From positions 250,964 through 314,963 of the forward strand of contig CAVYTY010000023.1 in NCBI GenBank assembly GCA_963771395.1: a stretch of 64,000 bases of DNA, written 5' to 3'. The position numbers were made by a program, and so were the translations under genes. Shown here piece after piece: positions 38,021 through 48,816 of this stretch. Below the pieces are notes generated by a model that saw only the letters and a list, made by a program, of their open reading frames with translations, was not told where the DNA came from and ran no database searches. Origin of the DNA: an uncultured Acidobacteriota bacterium. GTDB taxonomy: Bacteria; Acidobacteriota; Vicinamibacteria; Vicinamibacterales; 2-12-FULL-66-21. How positions within the stretch are numbered: the first letter of the stretch is position 1; each line of letters begins with the position of its first letter.

Positions 38021-38500
38021 ATGGCTGTTCGCGAGCTGCTGATCGAGACCTTGGCGCACATTCCACCCGCGAGCGCTCTGGATGGCCTGACGGCCGCCGA
38101 GGCCGGGCGGCGCGTACCTGGCGCCAACCATTCCATCGCGGAAATCGTGGCGCACCTGAACTTCTGGGCGACGTGGTTCTGCGACCGGTGCGAGGGCCGC
38201 AGTGCGCCGATGGTCACGAGCGCCGCGCTTGGCTGGCCGGCAGTGGCGTCGGAGTCGTGGCCCGAGCTGCACCGCCAGTTCCTGAGCACGCTCGAACGAG
38301 CCGCGGCGCGCGGCGAGGACCCCGGCCACCTCGAGTCACCGATCGCCCCGCCCATTGAGTTCCCCCCACTCGCGAACTACACCATCCGCGACGCGCTCGT
38401 GCACGTGGCCCATCACAACGCGCACCACCTGGGACAGGTCATCGTCTTGCGGCAGATGATGGGCTTGTGGCCGCCGCCGTCCGGCAGCTGGACGTGGTGA
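38021..38500 (+). CDS. DinB-family (DinB_2-like) protein
   Basis: HSIAEIVAHLNFW...ALVHVAHHNAHHLGQV shows the His-triad pattern. Confidence 0.8.
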   Translation: MAVRELLIETLAHIPPASALDGLTAAEAGRRVPGANHSIAEIVAHLNFWATWFCDRCEGRSAPMVTSAALGWPAVASESWPELHRQFLSTLERAAARGEDPGHLESPIAPPIEFPPLANYTIRDALVHVAHHNAHHLGQVIVLRQMMGLWPPPSGSWTW

Positions 38501-39918
38501 TGATGCGACGACTATCTGTGACGCTCGGCCTCGCGACGGCCGCCGCGGCGTTGCTCTCGGCACAGCCACAGTTCAGCGACAGTGTTCGCGCCTTCATCAA
38601 GGTCGACGCGCCCGTCGTGGCGCTGACCAACGTGCGAGTGATCGACGGCACCGGCGCGCAGGCGCGCGCCAACCAGACGATCATCATCAGGAACGGCAAC
38701 ATCGAGGCCGTTGGCGACACCACCAGCCTGGCGCCACCGGCAGGTGCGACGACGCTCGACCTGGCAGGACGAAGTGTCATTCCCGGGCTCGTGATGGTTC
38801 ACGAGCACCTCTACTATCCGGCCGGGCCCGGCGTCTACGGACAGCTCGGCGAAAGCTTCATCCGCCTCTATCTCGCCGGCGGCGTGACGACCATGCGCAC
38901 CGGAGGCAACGTGAACGGCTTCATGGACCTGAAGCTGAAACAGTTGATCGATGCGGGGCAGAAGGCCGGCCCGGCCATCGACGCCACGGCGCCCTACCTG
39001 AATGGCTCGAACACGTTCTCGCAGATGCGCGATCTGAAGGGGCCCGACGATGCCCGGCGGCAGGTGGCGTACTGGGCTGGCGAGGGGGCGACGTCGTTCA
39101 AGGCCTACATGCAGATCCGCCGTGACGAGCTCGGTGCGGCGATCGAGGAAGTTCACAAGCGCGGCCTGAAGATCACCGGCCACCTGTGTTCAGTGACGTA
39201 CGCGGAAGCCGCCGAGCTCGGCATCGACAACCTGGAGCACGGGTTCCTGGCGGCCACGGACTTCGTGTCCGACAAGCAGCCCGACGTCTGCCCCGGGCAA
39301 GGGCGGGGACAGCAGAGCATCGCCGCGCTCGACGAGAACGGCGCGCCGTTCAAGGCGCTCGTCAAGAAACTGATCGACCGCCGTGTCACGCTGACGTCGA
39401 CTCTGACCGTCTTCGAGACATTCACGCCAGGCCGGCCGGTGCCGCCGGGCGTGGACGTGCTGTTGCCGCAGCTCAAGGATCAGTTTCTACAGAACCACGC
39501 CCGGACGGCCGCCAATCAGCAGTCCACTTACATCAAGCTCTTTCCGAAGGCGCTCGCGCTCGAGCGCGCGTTCGTGAAGGCAGGAGGCACGCTCATCGCC
39601 GGCACTGATCCGACTGGCGGGGGCGGCGTCGTGCCAGGTTACGCCAACCAACGGCAGCTCGAGCTGCTCGTCGAAGCGGGGTTCAGCCCGCTCGAAGCGA
39701 TCAGCATCGGCACGGCGAACGGCGCGAAGTTCCTGGGCCGCGACCCGCGCGTCGGGACAATCGCCGTCGGGAAGCAGGCCGATCTCGTGGTCGTCAACGG
39801 CGACCCGTCGGCGAACATCGCCGACGTGCGAAGAGTCGAACTCGTCTTCAAGCAAGGCGTCGGTTTCGATCCCGTCAACCTCATCGACTCGGTCAAGGGG
39901 AAGGCGGGCTTGTGGTAG
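38500..39918 (+). CDS. secreted amidohydrolase-family protein
   Basis: Signal peptide MMRRLSVTLGLATAAAALLSA. PGLVMVHEHLYY metal-binding start and a C-terminal ADLVVVNGDP motif. Confidence 0.85.
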   Translation: MMRRLSVTLGLATAAAALLSAQPQFSDSVRAFIKVDAPVVALTNVRVIDGTGAQARANQTIIIRNGNIEAVGDTTSLAPPAGATTLDLAGRSVIPGLVMVHEHLYYPAGPGVYGQLGESFIRLYLAGGVTTMRTGGNVNGFMDLKLKQLIDAGQKAGPAIDATAPYLNGSNTFSQMRDLKGPDDARRQVAYWAGEGATSFKAYMQIRRDELGAAIEEVHKRGLKITGHLCSVTYAEAAELGIDNLEHGFLAATDFVSDKQPDVCPGQGRGQQSIAALDENGAPFKALVKKLIDRRVTLTSTLTVFETFTPGRPVPPGVDVLLPQLKDQFLQNHARTAANQQSTYIKLFPKALALERAFVKAGGTLIAGTDPTGGGGVVPGYANQRQLELLVEAGFSPLEAISIGTANGAKFLGRDPRVGTIAVGKQADLVVVNGDPSANIADVRRVELVFKQGVGFDPVNLIDSVKGKAGLW

Positions 39919-40100
39919 ACACATTCCCTTGCATTCCATTCTCAGTTCCCGTTTTCGAACGCATGCGCGGGTGCGAACCGTTGGCCTGAGTGCCGGCACA
40001 CGCGTGAGTGCATCAGGCGCAAAGGTCATTCCGATCGCCCGGGCGCGGCGATGAGCCGATTCGACGACGCTCGACACAGTCTCCTGCAGAGGAGAATCCA

Positions 40101-40562
40101 ATGTTCATCCGAACAATTGCGGTCGCCTGCGCTCTAGCCTTCCTGCCGGCGCCTGCAAGTGCGCAGGCCCTTCCCGTCGACAGTAACGTGACGCTCGCGC
40201 CCGCCGGGCCTGCTGTCCCGGTTGACGCTCCTGACCTGAACTCCGACAATCAGCCGCCGACAATGCAGCGGCGCAAGGATTCTCTGTGGAACGGAGTCCT
40301 CATTGGGACGGGCCTCGGCGCGCTCGTCGGCGCCCTGGTCGGCTCCGCTGTTTTCGAGTGCTCCGAATGCTCGGGCTTCAACGTTCCGCTGACGTTCGGT
40401 GTGCTCGGCGCGGGTGCGGGAGCCGGAATCGGTGCCGGCCTTGACGCGTGGCGCCAGACGCGCTCGACGGTCACGATTGCCCCCGACAAGAACCGCCGTT
40501 TCATGGTCTCACCGGTCCTGGGAAAGGACGTCAAGGGGATGGTCGCGTCGATCCGTTTCTGA
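40101..40562 (+). CDS. small secreted glycine-zipper protein
   Basis: GAGGAG Shine-Dalgarno, signal peptide MFIRTIAVACALAFLPAPASA, and a GTGLGALVGALVGSAV zipper. Confidence 0.5.
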   Translation: MFIRTIAVACALAFLPAPASAQALPVDSNVTLAPAGPAVPVDAPDLNSDNQPPTMQRRKDSLWNGVLIGTGLGALVGALVGSAVFECSECSGFNVPLTFGVLGAGAGAGIGAGLDAWRQTRSTVTIAPDKNRRFMVSPVLGKDVKGMVASIRF

Positions 40563-40717
40563 CGACGCCATGAACCGCGCCGGCCACTACGTGGCGCATG
40601 GGCGTGTGCGGCGCCAGCTCGACATACCTCAGGCTCGCCAGTAACAGGAAGCTGACGCCAGTCAATCGTGCCCCGGCCGCCCTTCTGTCATAATCCGCAC
40701 CTCAGAGGAGGCGGGCC

Positions 40718-41830
40718 ATGGCATTGCGACGAGTCTGTGTCACCTGTCTAGTTCTGCTGAGTGTCTTGTCAGCGCCGCTGCGCGCACAGGCGCCTGCACA
40801 GCCCGCACCCGCGAACACCGTCGACCGCGGCGTCATCAACGGCGCTTCTTACTACGTCGAGATCCCGGCCCAGTGGAACAAGGGACTGGTGCTCTACACC
40901 CACGGCTACGCGGTGGCCTCCGGAAAGCCCCGGAGTCAGGAGTTCACGCCGCCCAAAGCGTTGCGCGATGTGTTCCTGTCGCGCGGCTTCGCCTTTGCCG
41001 CCTCCGACTACAGCGTGCAGGGCTGGGCGGTCAAGGAAGCGATCGAGGATACCGAGGCGCTGCGGCGCTACTTCGTGTCGAAGCACGGCGCGCCGGCGGA
41101 GACCTACATCACCGGGCACTCGATGGGCGGCCACATCACGATGGCCATCATCGAGCGCTATCCCGAGGCCTATCAGGGTGCGATGCCGATGTGCGGTCCG
41201 CTCGGGCCGGCGATCGAGTTCCTCAACACCGGCCTCTTCGACATGCTGGTCACGTTCGAGGCGCTGTTTCCGGGCACCATCGGGTCCCCCTACGAGCCCA
41301 GCCTGGAGACGAGCAACAAGGTGAAGGCGGCAATCGCGGCGAACCTGGAACGAGCCACGACGTACGCACAGAATTACGGCCGCACTGTCGCCCAATTGCC
41401 AGGCGCGCTCTCCCTGTTCCACGCGATCGCCGGAGAGTTGAAGCAGCGTGCAGGCGGCGAGCCCTTCGACAATCGCAATCGCATCTACGTCGGTTTCGGC
41501 GACGATGTGGCCCTCAACCGGTCCGTGAAGCGCTATACCGCGCTTCCATCGGCGCGCGACTATGTGCGGCAGTACGCGACGCCGACGGGCCGGATTGCCG
41601 ATCCGATGCTTGCGATTCACACCACGTCCGACTCGCTGGTGCTCGGCAGGGACGTGACCGCCTACGAGACTCCCGCCGCCCTGGCCGGCTCGTCCGACCG
41701 GTTCGTCGCGCGGTTCGTCGAAGCCAACGGCCACTGCAACTTCACGCCGGCGCAGACGGGCGGTGCGTTCGATGCATTGCTGGCGTGGGCCCGCGACGGG
41801 AAGCGGCCTGCCCCTGGTGAGCAGAAGTGA
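40718..41830 (+). CDS. secreted alpha/beta hydrolase
   Basis: Signal peptide plus a GHSMGG nucleophile elbow. Confidence 0.7.
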   Translation: MALRRVCVTCLVLLSVLSAPLRAQAPAQPAPANTVDRGVINGASYYVEIPAQWNKGLVLYTHGYAVASGKPRSQEFTPPKALRDVFLSRGFAFAASDYSVQGWAVKEAIEDTEALRRYFVSKHGAPAETYITGHSMGGHITMAIIERYPEAYQGAMPMCGPLGPAIEFLNTGLFDMLVTFEALFPGTIGSPYEPSLETSNKVKAAIAANLERATTYAQNYGRTVAQLPGALSLFHAIAGELKQRAGGEPFDNRNRIYVGFGDDVALNRSVKRYTALPSARDYVRQYATPTGRIADPMLAIHTTSDSLVLGRDVTAYETPAALAGSSDRFVARFVEANGHCNFTPAQTGGAFDALLAWARDGKRPAPGEQK

Positions 41831-41854
41831 GTGGCACTGTAGGACGGGGTCAGG

Positions 41855-42379
41855 TCACCGGCGCTTGACCTTTCGCGAGATGTCCTTTTTCCGCGCGGCC
41901 TTCACCTTCTTCTTCTGTCGCCTACCGGTCGCCTTAGACGTGGCGCGCGTGCGGCCAGCTTTTGGTGCCGCCGCGTCCGACAGCTTGTACGCTTCCTGAA
42001 GCCAGTCCGTGAGAGGCGCCTCTACCTCGTCGCGGTGCTTGATCTGAATGAAGTGTACGACCTTGGACTTCGAGACGCGATCGACGCGTCGCACCTGAGG
42101 AGCCTTCAGCGGACGGTCAAGGAACACGCAGATCTCGAGGAAGCTCTTCTTCGGACGCACGAAGAAATAACAGGATCTCCGCGAGAACATGATCGACTTG
42201 TGGGAGGCGTAGATCCGCTGGTCTCCAAAGGCGGCGGCGCTCTCGCGCAGCCGCTCCCAGGCGTCCCGAAGATCCTCGGAGAGATCCTGCGTGAGCGCTG
42301 CTTCCGTCGTCGTCCAGCAGTCGTGCGCCTCGCCTTCCTCGACCCACTGCTTGCAGTGGTAGCACTCTCGACCGGCCAT
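41855..42379 (-). CDS. DUF5655-like protein with Lys/Arg-rich tail
   Basis: DLRDAWERLRESAAAFGDQRIYASHKSIMFSRRSCYFFVRPKKSFLEICVFL resembles DUF5655. Confidence 0.6.
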   Translation of the reverse strand: MAGRECYHCKQWVEEGEAHDCWTTTEAALTQDLSEDLRDAWERLRESAAAFGDQRIYASHKSIMFSRRSCYFFVRPKKSFLEICVFLDRPLKAPQVRRVDRVSKSKVVHFIQIKHRDEVEAPLTDWLQEAYKLSDAAAPKAGRTRATSKATGRRQKKKVKAARKKDISRKVKRR

Positions 42380-42517
42380 GCGTCGAATTGTACGTGGGCC
42401 GCGAGCGATTGTCCCGCGCCGGCGTATGTGGACGTGGTCACGGTGCGACCGTGACCACGTGTCGTTTGAGAACCAGGATGATCTGACGTCGACGAAGTGT
42501 GGTGTCGGCCCGGCTCG

Positions 42518-43276
42518 TTACTCAGCCAGGAACGCAGCTACGGACCTGAGAGCCCCTCGCCATTGCCCGCGGCGCTCTTCCACCATGGCGGCGCCAGGCA
42601 GCTTGGTGTTCGTCACGACGACTGACACCTTGCCTCCCGGTTTTGGCAGCAGATAGAGCTGGACCGTCGTGTCGTCCCACTTGTAGCGAAAGCGTCCCTG
42701 GCCATCCGCCGTGACGACGAATCCCCTGGACGTCGGGCTGTCGAGCCCTGCGGAAAGCGCGCTCGCCAGGCGCGCATCGACGCCCTCCACCCACCGCCGC
42801 CGCCGGCGCGTCTCCGTGAAGGCCTTGATCACGTCGGTCGTCTCGGCGGCCACGACCTTCGATACCGACACTCGGTATTCGCCGTCGCAGCGCTGATTCA
42901 GTGCCCGTACGCCGCGCGCGCGCTCGTAAGCGACAGTGATCCCCTGCGCATACCAGCCGTCGACGTGATGCGCGTCGTGGAGGTGTCGTGCTGCCGCGGT
43001 GTGTCCCTTGTCGACGGCGCCGAACCGGTCGAGCACGTCGAACCAGTGGTCGAGGCCATGTCCCGTTTTCTCGAGAGACTTCGCGTCAGAGACACTGCCT
43101 TTGGAACTGCCGGCGGCTGCCGCACGTGGCGCGGTCGTTGACCGGAGACGAGCCGCGGCGGGAACGGTGCGCTCCTGGAGATCCTTCAGAACGTGGCGCC
43201 GCGCGGTCGTATAGCGTTCGCCGGTTTTGGCGGCACGGGCACGAATGACTTGCTTGAGGGCGCGAGCGCGGGTCAT
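42518..43276 (-). CDS. hypothetical protein
   Basis: 252 codons from the internal ATG. N-terminal ALKQVIRARAAKTGERYTTARRHV. No family assigned. Confidence 0.5.
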   Translation of the reverse strand: MTRARALKQVIRARAAKTGERYTTARRHVLKDLQERTVPAAARLRSTTAPRAAAAGSSKGSVSDAKSLEKTGHGLDHWFDVLDRFGAVDKGHTAAARHLHDAHHVDGWYAQGITVAYERARGVRALNQRCDGEYRVSVSKVVAAETTDVIKAFTETRRRRRWVEGVDARLASALSAGLDSPTSRGFVVTADGQGRFRYKWDDTTVQLYLLPKPGGKVSVVVTNTKLPGAAMVEERRGQWRGALRSVAAFLAE

Positions 43277-43795
43277 GGTCGGGTCCTTCTCTGGCCACAC
43301 GAACCCCCAGCCCCCGCCTGATGGTCGCGTGACCGTGAAGAACCCACATTGTTCGGCCCGAGGCGTGGACCCCTTTGCCTCGATCGCAGGCCCCGCGGGG
43401 GGAGGCCCAGGTCGAGGTGCGGCGCCAGGCCAGCGCCGACGAGAACTCTGCCATCAGGGGCGTGGCGTCGTCAACCCCCGTGAATCGGCTTGTCAAAGCT
43501 CGTTGGAAAGTCTCAGTCCCTTATGGCCATCAACCGAGCGACATCGAACGGTGGTGGCTCTTTCCCTCAACGGTCGTAGATCCCGGAGGTTCCGGCTGAT
43601 ACGCCTCGCACGCCCTGGCGCTGGTCCTTCCTCTGGCTGAACCCCGTTGATCCATTCGTCCCGCCGTTGGTCCCATCAGGAACGCCGACGTTACCCAATT
43701 CTGTTGACGGATTCCGAACGAACGAGAAAGGATCGCTCGGCCGCGTACAACAACTACGGCCAACACCAAACAGCACCTCCGAGGAGCAAAGCCAG

Positions 43796-44155
43796 ATGGC
43801 CAATGCATTCGTTCACGTCGAGCTCAACACGACCGATCCCGACAAAGCCAAGTCGTTCTACAGCAGTCTGTTCTCATGGAAGATGGAAGACATGCCGATG
43901 GGTCCCGGCATGACCTACACGATGATCCAGCCGGGTGAAGGTCCGGGAGGAGGCCTGATGAAGCACCCCGTTCCGGGCGCGCCATCCGCGTGGCTCGCCT
44001 ATGTCACCGTGGACGACCTCCAGGCCGCGACGGACAAGGCCAAATCGCTAGGCGCTCAGGTGATGAAGGACGTCACCGAAGTGCCCGGCATGGGATGGTT
44101 CAGCATCATCCTCGACCCGACCGGGGCGGCGCTGGGGCTCTGGAAGAACGCATAG
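43796..44155 (+). CDS. VOC/glyoxalase-family protein
   Basis: FVHVELNTTDPDKAKSFYSSLFSW...GMGWFSIILDPTGAALGLW. GAGGAG Shine-Dalgarno upstream. Confidence 0.85.
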   Translation: MANAFVHVELNTTDPDKAKSFYSSLFSWKMEDMPMGPGMTYTMIQPGEGPGGGLMKHPVPGAPSAWLAYVTVDDLQAATDKAKSLGAQVMKDVTEVPGMGWFSIILDPTGAALGLWKNA

Positions 44156-44180
44156 GCCAGGTACGGTCGCCCAGGGTCGG

Positions 44181-45440
44181 TCAGGACGGATCGAGCTCGC
44201 GCAGCCGTCGCTCGAGGAAGCGACGCTCCGGCTCTTGTCTCGTCAGATCGAGCGCGGTCCCGTACGCGGTCCGTGCCTCGGCTGCCCTGCCGAGGCGGCG
44301 TAGAAGATCGGCGCGCGCGGAGTGTGCGAGGCGGTACTCCGCCAGCTCTCCGCGCGCGAGCAGGGCATCGATCTGGGCCAGGCCCGCCTCGGGTCCATCC
44401 CGCATCGCCATCGCGACGGCCTGGTTGAGCTCGACGACCGGCGACGGGTCGGCCCTGAACAGCACGCCGTAGAGTGCGACAATCTGAGCCCAATCCGTGT
44501 CGGCGGCGTTCCGAGCTTCCGCGTGCACGGCGGCGATGGCGGCCTGCAGCGTGTAGGGGCCGAAACGACGCGAAGCGAGCACACGCTCGACGAGCGCGAC
44601 GCCCTCGGCGATCATGCCGCGGTCCCACGCGGACCGATCCTGCTCGTCGAGCAGCACGATCTCGCCCGTTGGTGAGGTTCGCGCCACGCGCCTCGACTCG
44701 TGCAGCAGCATCAAGGCGAGCAGGCCGATCGCCTCGGGCTCCGGCAGCAGATCCACGAGCAGCCTGCCGAGCCGGATGGCTTCGCCCGACAGATCGTGTC
44801 GTGTGATCGATGCCCCAGACGACGCCGAGTACCCCTCGTTGAAGACCAGGTAGATGACGTGCAGCACGGCGTCGAGGCGGGCCGGTAAGTCGGCTCGCGC
44901 GGGGATCTCGTACGGAATTCGCGCCTCCCGAATCTTCGCCTTGGCCCGCACGATGCGCTGGGCCATGGCAGTGGGCTGAGCAAGGAACGCGTGGGCGATC
45001 TCCTCGGTGGTCAGTCCGCACACGGTGCGTAGGGTCAGCGCGATCTGGGCATCCGGGGAGAGCGCCGGGTGGCAGCAGGTGAAGATGAGACGCAGCCGGT
45101 CGTCCTCGAGGTGCTCATGGTCTTCGAGCTCCGCGGAGTGACGTGTGGTGGTCTCGAGTCGATCGGCGAGCTCGACGAGCGACGCGTCGAACCGGGCCCG
45201 CCGGCGCATAGAGTCGATGGCTTTGAACCGGCCGGTCGACACGAGCCACGCCCGCGGATTGGCGGGCACTCCCTCGCGCGCCCAGCTCTCGAGTGCCGTG
45301 GCAACGGCCGTGTGCAGCGCCTCCTCGGCGAGATCGAAGTCGCCGAGCAGGCGAATGAGCGTCGCCACGACGCGCCGCGAGTCGGATCGGTACACCGCCT
45401 CCACCGTCTCGCGAACGCGGTCGATCGGTTCATCACTCAT
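44181..45440 (-). CDS. sigma-70-family (ECF-like) sigma factor with long C-terminal extension
   Basis: AVYRSDSRRVVATLIRLLGDFDLAEEALHTA...NPRAWLVSTGRFKAIDSMRR covers regions 2/4, followed by a TPR-like C-terminus. Confidence 0.85.
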   Translation of the reverse strand: MSDEPIDRVRETVEAVYRSDSRRVVATLIRLLGDFDLAEEALHTAVATALESWAREGVPANPRAWLVSTGRFKAIDSMRRRARFDASLVELADRLETTTRHSAELEDHEHLEDDRLRLIFTCCHPALSPDAQIALTLRTVCGLTTEEIAHAFLAQPTAMAQRIVRAKAKIREARIPYEIPARADLPARLDAVLHVIYLVFNEGYSASSGASITRHDLSGEAIRLGRLLVDLLPEPEAIGLLALMLLHESRRVARTSPTGEIVLLDEQDRSAWDRGMIAEGVALVERVLASRRFGPYTLQAAIAAVHAEARNAADTDWAQIVALYGVLFRADPSPVVELNQAVAMAMRDGPEAGLAQIDALLARGELAEYRLAHSARADLLRRLGRAAEARTAYGTALDLTRQEPERRFLERRLRELDPS

Positions 45441-45770
45441 GAGGACGGCGCGGAAGCAACGTGGGTCATCTCCCGGATTGGGCGCCGGAATTGGCGACAC
45501 GAGATAGTCGACGGGTCACGCCCGGATCGACAGCCAGTCTACGGTTGCCGCGACCGGCGCTTGATTCTTCTCCGTTCTCCGTGCCTTGCTGACGCGAGCT
45601 GACGCATGCGTTCGACTAGCACGTCAGATTTACGCGTCGCTTCGCGTCGCCAGTCCGCTATTCTGGCGTCGCGCGCGTAGTATCTTCATATTCGCATGTA
45701 GACTGCCTCGCCAATGAGAGCCAGGCGCGGGTCGTGTTCAATGTTCGAAACAGATCAGGGATGGCTTCTC

Positions 45771-48233
45771 ATGACACGTCTGACACCGTGGCTAGGTGAC
45801 GTCGCGAAAGACACGCGGCATGCGCTACGGATGCTCTGGCGCAATCCTGGGTTCGCCGCCGTGGCCATTGCGACGCTTGCCGTCGGCATCGGTGCGAACA
45901 CGGCCGTTTTCAGCCTGACGCACCGGATGCTGCTCGCCCCTCTTCCCGTTCACGACGCGTCGCAGCTCTTCGTCGTGTCGCGCAGCACTCTTGAACGGAG
46001 CCACCTGACAGAGTTCCCGCATCTCTTCTTTCGTGCGCTCGAGGAGGACCGTGCGCTGCTCGACGGCGTCTTGAGCCGCGGCGGGTATGAGCGCGTCACC
46101 GTGAGCGCGGACGCCGGCGGCGAGCCCGCTATCGGCGAGCTGGTGTCTGGGTCCTACTTCGAGGTGCTCGGGGTGAAGGCCCATCTCGGTCGCGTCCTCA
46201 CACGTGCCGACGACAGCGGTGCGGGCGCGCACCCGGTGGTCGTGCTCAGTCACGGGTACTGGCGGCGCCGCTTTGCGGCCGATCCCTCGGTTATCGGAAG
46301 CACGATTTTGCTGAGCGGCTATCCGATGACGATCGTGGGCGTCTCACCGGCGGGATTCGACGGTCTGGATCCAGGGCAGAAAGTGGATGTGCGGATTCCT
46401 CTGACCATGCAGGCCGAAGTCCGGCGTGCCACTTCGACGCTGCAACGGCCTGACGTGTGGGAGTTCAACATCGTCGCACGCCTCAAGCAGGGGGTGAGCG
46501 TCGAGCAGGCTCAGGAAGCGCTGTCCGCACGCTTTGGGCGATACCTGACAGACGTTCCTGGCGCCGCCAGCACGAAACTTGACTCGTCCGCGATGTCGCG
46601 CATCGAGCTCCTACCGGCGGCGACGGGATTCGGGAACACCCGCGCGCGGTTCGCTGTCGCTCTCTGGGTGCTGATGTCGATCACGGTCGTGGTCCTCGTC
46701 GTGGCCTGTGTCAATGTGGCGAATCTGCTGCTGGCGCGCTCCGCAGCACGGCGGCAAGAGATAGCGATCCGCACAGCCGTTGGCGCTGGCACGGGTCGGC
46801 TGCTCAGGCAGATGCTGACGGAGAGCATGGTGTTGTCCCTCCTCGGAGCAGCTGCTGGCGTTCTCGTCGCCGTTGTTGGCGCGCCGGCACTGGTGTATTT
46901 ACTCTCCGGCACTGGCGCGCGCCTCGACCTCGAGGCTCGGCTCGACGCGCCGGTGCTGTTCTTTCACGTCGGAATCTCACTGCTGTCCGGAGTTCTCTTC
47001 GGACTGGCGCCTGCCTTCGGCGCGCGTCGCGACCTGATGTCCGAGTTCCGATTTCCGTCGTCACGCGGGTCCTCGGCAACGGTTCGCGCGTCTCTCGTCG
47101 CGGCACAAGTGATGCTGGCGGTCGTTGTCCTGGTAGCCGCCGTGATGTTCGTGCGGAGCGTCCATGCTTTGGGCGTCACCGATCTAGGGTTCCAGTCCGA
47201 TCACCTGTTGCTCGTGGCGCTCGACCCCAAAACCGCGGGCAGAGCCGATGCGGAGGTCGCGCCTTTTTTCCGCGCGGTGCACGAGAGGGTACGCGCTCTG
47301 TCCGGCGTTCGCGATGTTTCATTCTCAACCGTCCGAGTTCTTTCCAACAGCCGCTGGTCGGGTTCGGTGGCTGTGGAGGGTGCAAGCGCGCTCGAGTCTG
47401 GGCCGCGTGCATTGCGTGACGCGGTGGGTCCTGGCTATTTCCGCACGCTCGGAATCCCGCTGCTCGCAGGGCGGGATCTCGCCGAGGGCGATGACGAGCG
47501 GGCGGCGAAGGTGGCCGTCATCAACGATTCTTTCGCGCGCCGGTATTTCGGCGGCCGGGATCCTCTTGGCAAGAAGGTCGGAGCGGGGGTTCCCAATCAT
47601 GTGATTGTCGGCGTGGCAGCGGACGCGAGGTCAGTGCATGTGCGCGAGGCTCCCGAACCAGCGTGGTACGTCCCCTACGAGCAGCGCCCAGGCCTGAAGC
47701 ATCTGAATCTGATCGTCCGGACGACCGTCGACCCGCGTGCCCTCGTTTCCGGTGTGAGGGCAGCCGTCGCGGCCGTCGACCCCCGCGTCGCCATGTTCGA
47801 GGTGCGAACGCAAGAGGCCCAGATCGACCAACTTCTCCTCGTTGAGCGGACACTGGCCGTGCTGGCGACGTTCTTCGCCGTGCTCGGGGGCGGTCTGGCT
47901 GCGTTGGGACTCTACGGCGTCCTCGCCTTTCTCGTTGAGCAGCGTCGGAAGGAAATCGGCCTGCGTATCGCGCTCGGCGCTCGACCCGCAAAAGTGGCGT
48001 GGATGGTAGTTGGCAGTGCCTGGCCGTCGGTAGGCATCGGCCTGTTCGCTGGGACGGCGGCAGCGGCGTCGCTCGGCCGATACGCCAAATCTGTTCTGTA
48101 CGGCGTCGACTCCATCGACGCGTCCAGCCTTATCGGCGGAGCCGTAATAATGGCCGCTGTCGCTGGACTTGCCCTGGTCGTGCCTGCGCGCAGAGCTGCC
48201 CGGGTCGATCCGATGGCGATTCTGCGCGAATAG
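45771..48233 (+). CDS. ADOP-type duplicated MacB/FtsX permease (second copy, no adjacent PadR)
   Basis: DTRHALRMLWRNPGFA N-terminus and two FtsX halves. The start could also be at 45714 or 45741. Confidence 0.9.
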   Translation: MTRLTPWLGDVAKDTRHALRMLWRNPGFAAVAIATLAVGIGANTAVFSLTHRMLLAPLPVHDASQLFVVSRSTLERSHLTEFPHLFFRALEEDRALLDGVLSRGGYERVTVSADAGGEPAIGELVSGSYFEVLGVKAHLGRVLTRADDSGAGAHPVVVLSHGYWRRRFAADPSVIGSTILLSGYPMTIVGVSPAGFDGLDPGQKVDVRIPLTMQAEVRRATSTLQRPDVWEFNIVARLKQGVSVEQAQEALSARFGRYLTDVPGAASTKLDSSAMSRIELLPAATGFGNTRARFAVALWVLMSITVVVLVVACVNVANLLLARSAARRQEIAIRTAVGAGTGRLLRQMLTESMVLSLLGAAAGVLVAVVGAPALVYLLSGTGARLDLEARLDAPVLFFHVGISLLSGVLFGLAPAFGARRDLMSEFRFPSSRGSSATVRASLVAAQVMLAVVVLVAAVMFVRSVHALGVTDLGFQSDHLLLVALDPKTAGRADAEVAPFFRAVHERVRALSGVRDVSFSTVRVLSNSRWSGSVAVEGASALESGPRALRDAVGPGYFRTLGIPLLAGRDLAEGDDERAAKVAVINDSFARRYFGGRDPLGKKVGAGVPNHVIVGVAADARSVHVREAPEPAWYVPYEQRPGLKHLNLIVRTTVDPRALVSGVRAAVAAVDPRVAMFEVRTQEAQIDQLLLVERTLAVLATFFAVLGGGLAALGLYGVLAFLVEQRRKEIGLRIALGARPAKVAWMVVGSAWPSVGIGLFAGTAAAASLGRYAKSVLYGVDSIDASSLIGGAVIMAAVAGLALVVPARRAARVDPMAILRE

Positions 48234-48358
48234 CGCTTGAATCCGTGAGTGCGTCCTGCCATCGGGCGTCGTATCACGGAGGGGCGGCCCTTCGGCCATC
48301 GCATGCAGACGCGCTTCAGTATCCGTGAAGGGCGCCGCAGCGGCTCGCTAGGTCGTTG

Positions 48359-48544
48359 TCACTTCTCACTTGAGGGCGGCACAATGTTCTTGAGCCGCAT
48401 GTAAGTCACCAGATTGCCATAGTGTTCCCAAGTGTGACTGGTAGTGACGTGAATCCACGACAGCTTCGGCGTCTTGCGGCTGGGGTCGAAAGCATCCACC
48501 GGTTCGGCCGCGACTGCGTCGGACATTTTCCTACCGTCGCCCAA
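48359..48544 (-). pseudogene. DinB-family C-terminal fragment
   Basis: ...SWIHVTTSHTWEHYGNLVTYMRLKNIVPPS resembles a DinB-family C-terminus. Plausible upstream text (YYEQAFRHALIELF) lies in another frame. Confidence 0.35.
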
Positions 48545-48816
48545 CCGACGGTGGGTGCGGCGGCCATGAACCGCTGGAATCGTCCAAACAACTCGATGAG
48601 GGCGTGCCGGAATGCTTGTTCGTAGTACGTGGAAGATGGAAGTGGGCGGGTCCCGACAACCGAATCGGGAAATGACACCCGCTCACAGGGTGCCTCCGGC
48701 CAGAACCACCGGTCTCCGCGGACCACTTGTCGTCCTGAGCCGTTGGTTGGTCCCGCACTCGCGTCAGTCAGCACTTCCTGGTGGACCGAATGCGATATTC
48801 CCTGGACAATCCGCTC

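Noticed and set aside
43301-43795. The 500-bp gene-free region upstream of the VOC gene as a riboswitch or ncRNA gene.
   Set aside because: I could not recognise any known RNA-family signature, strong conserved hairpin or repeat. It stays unexplained, but I cannot support a call.
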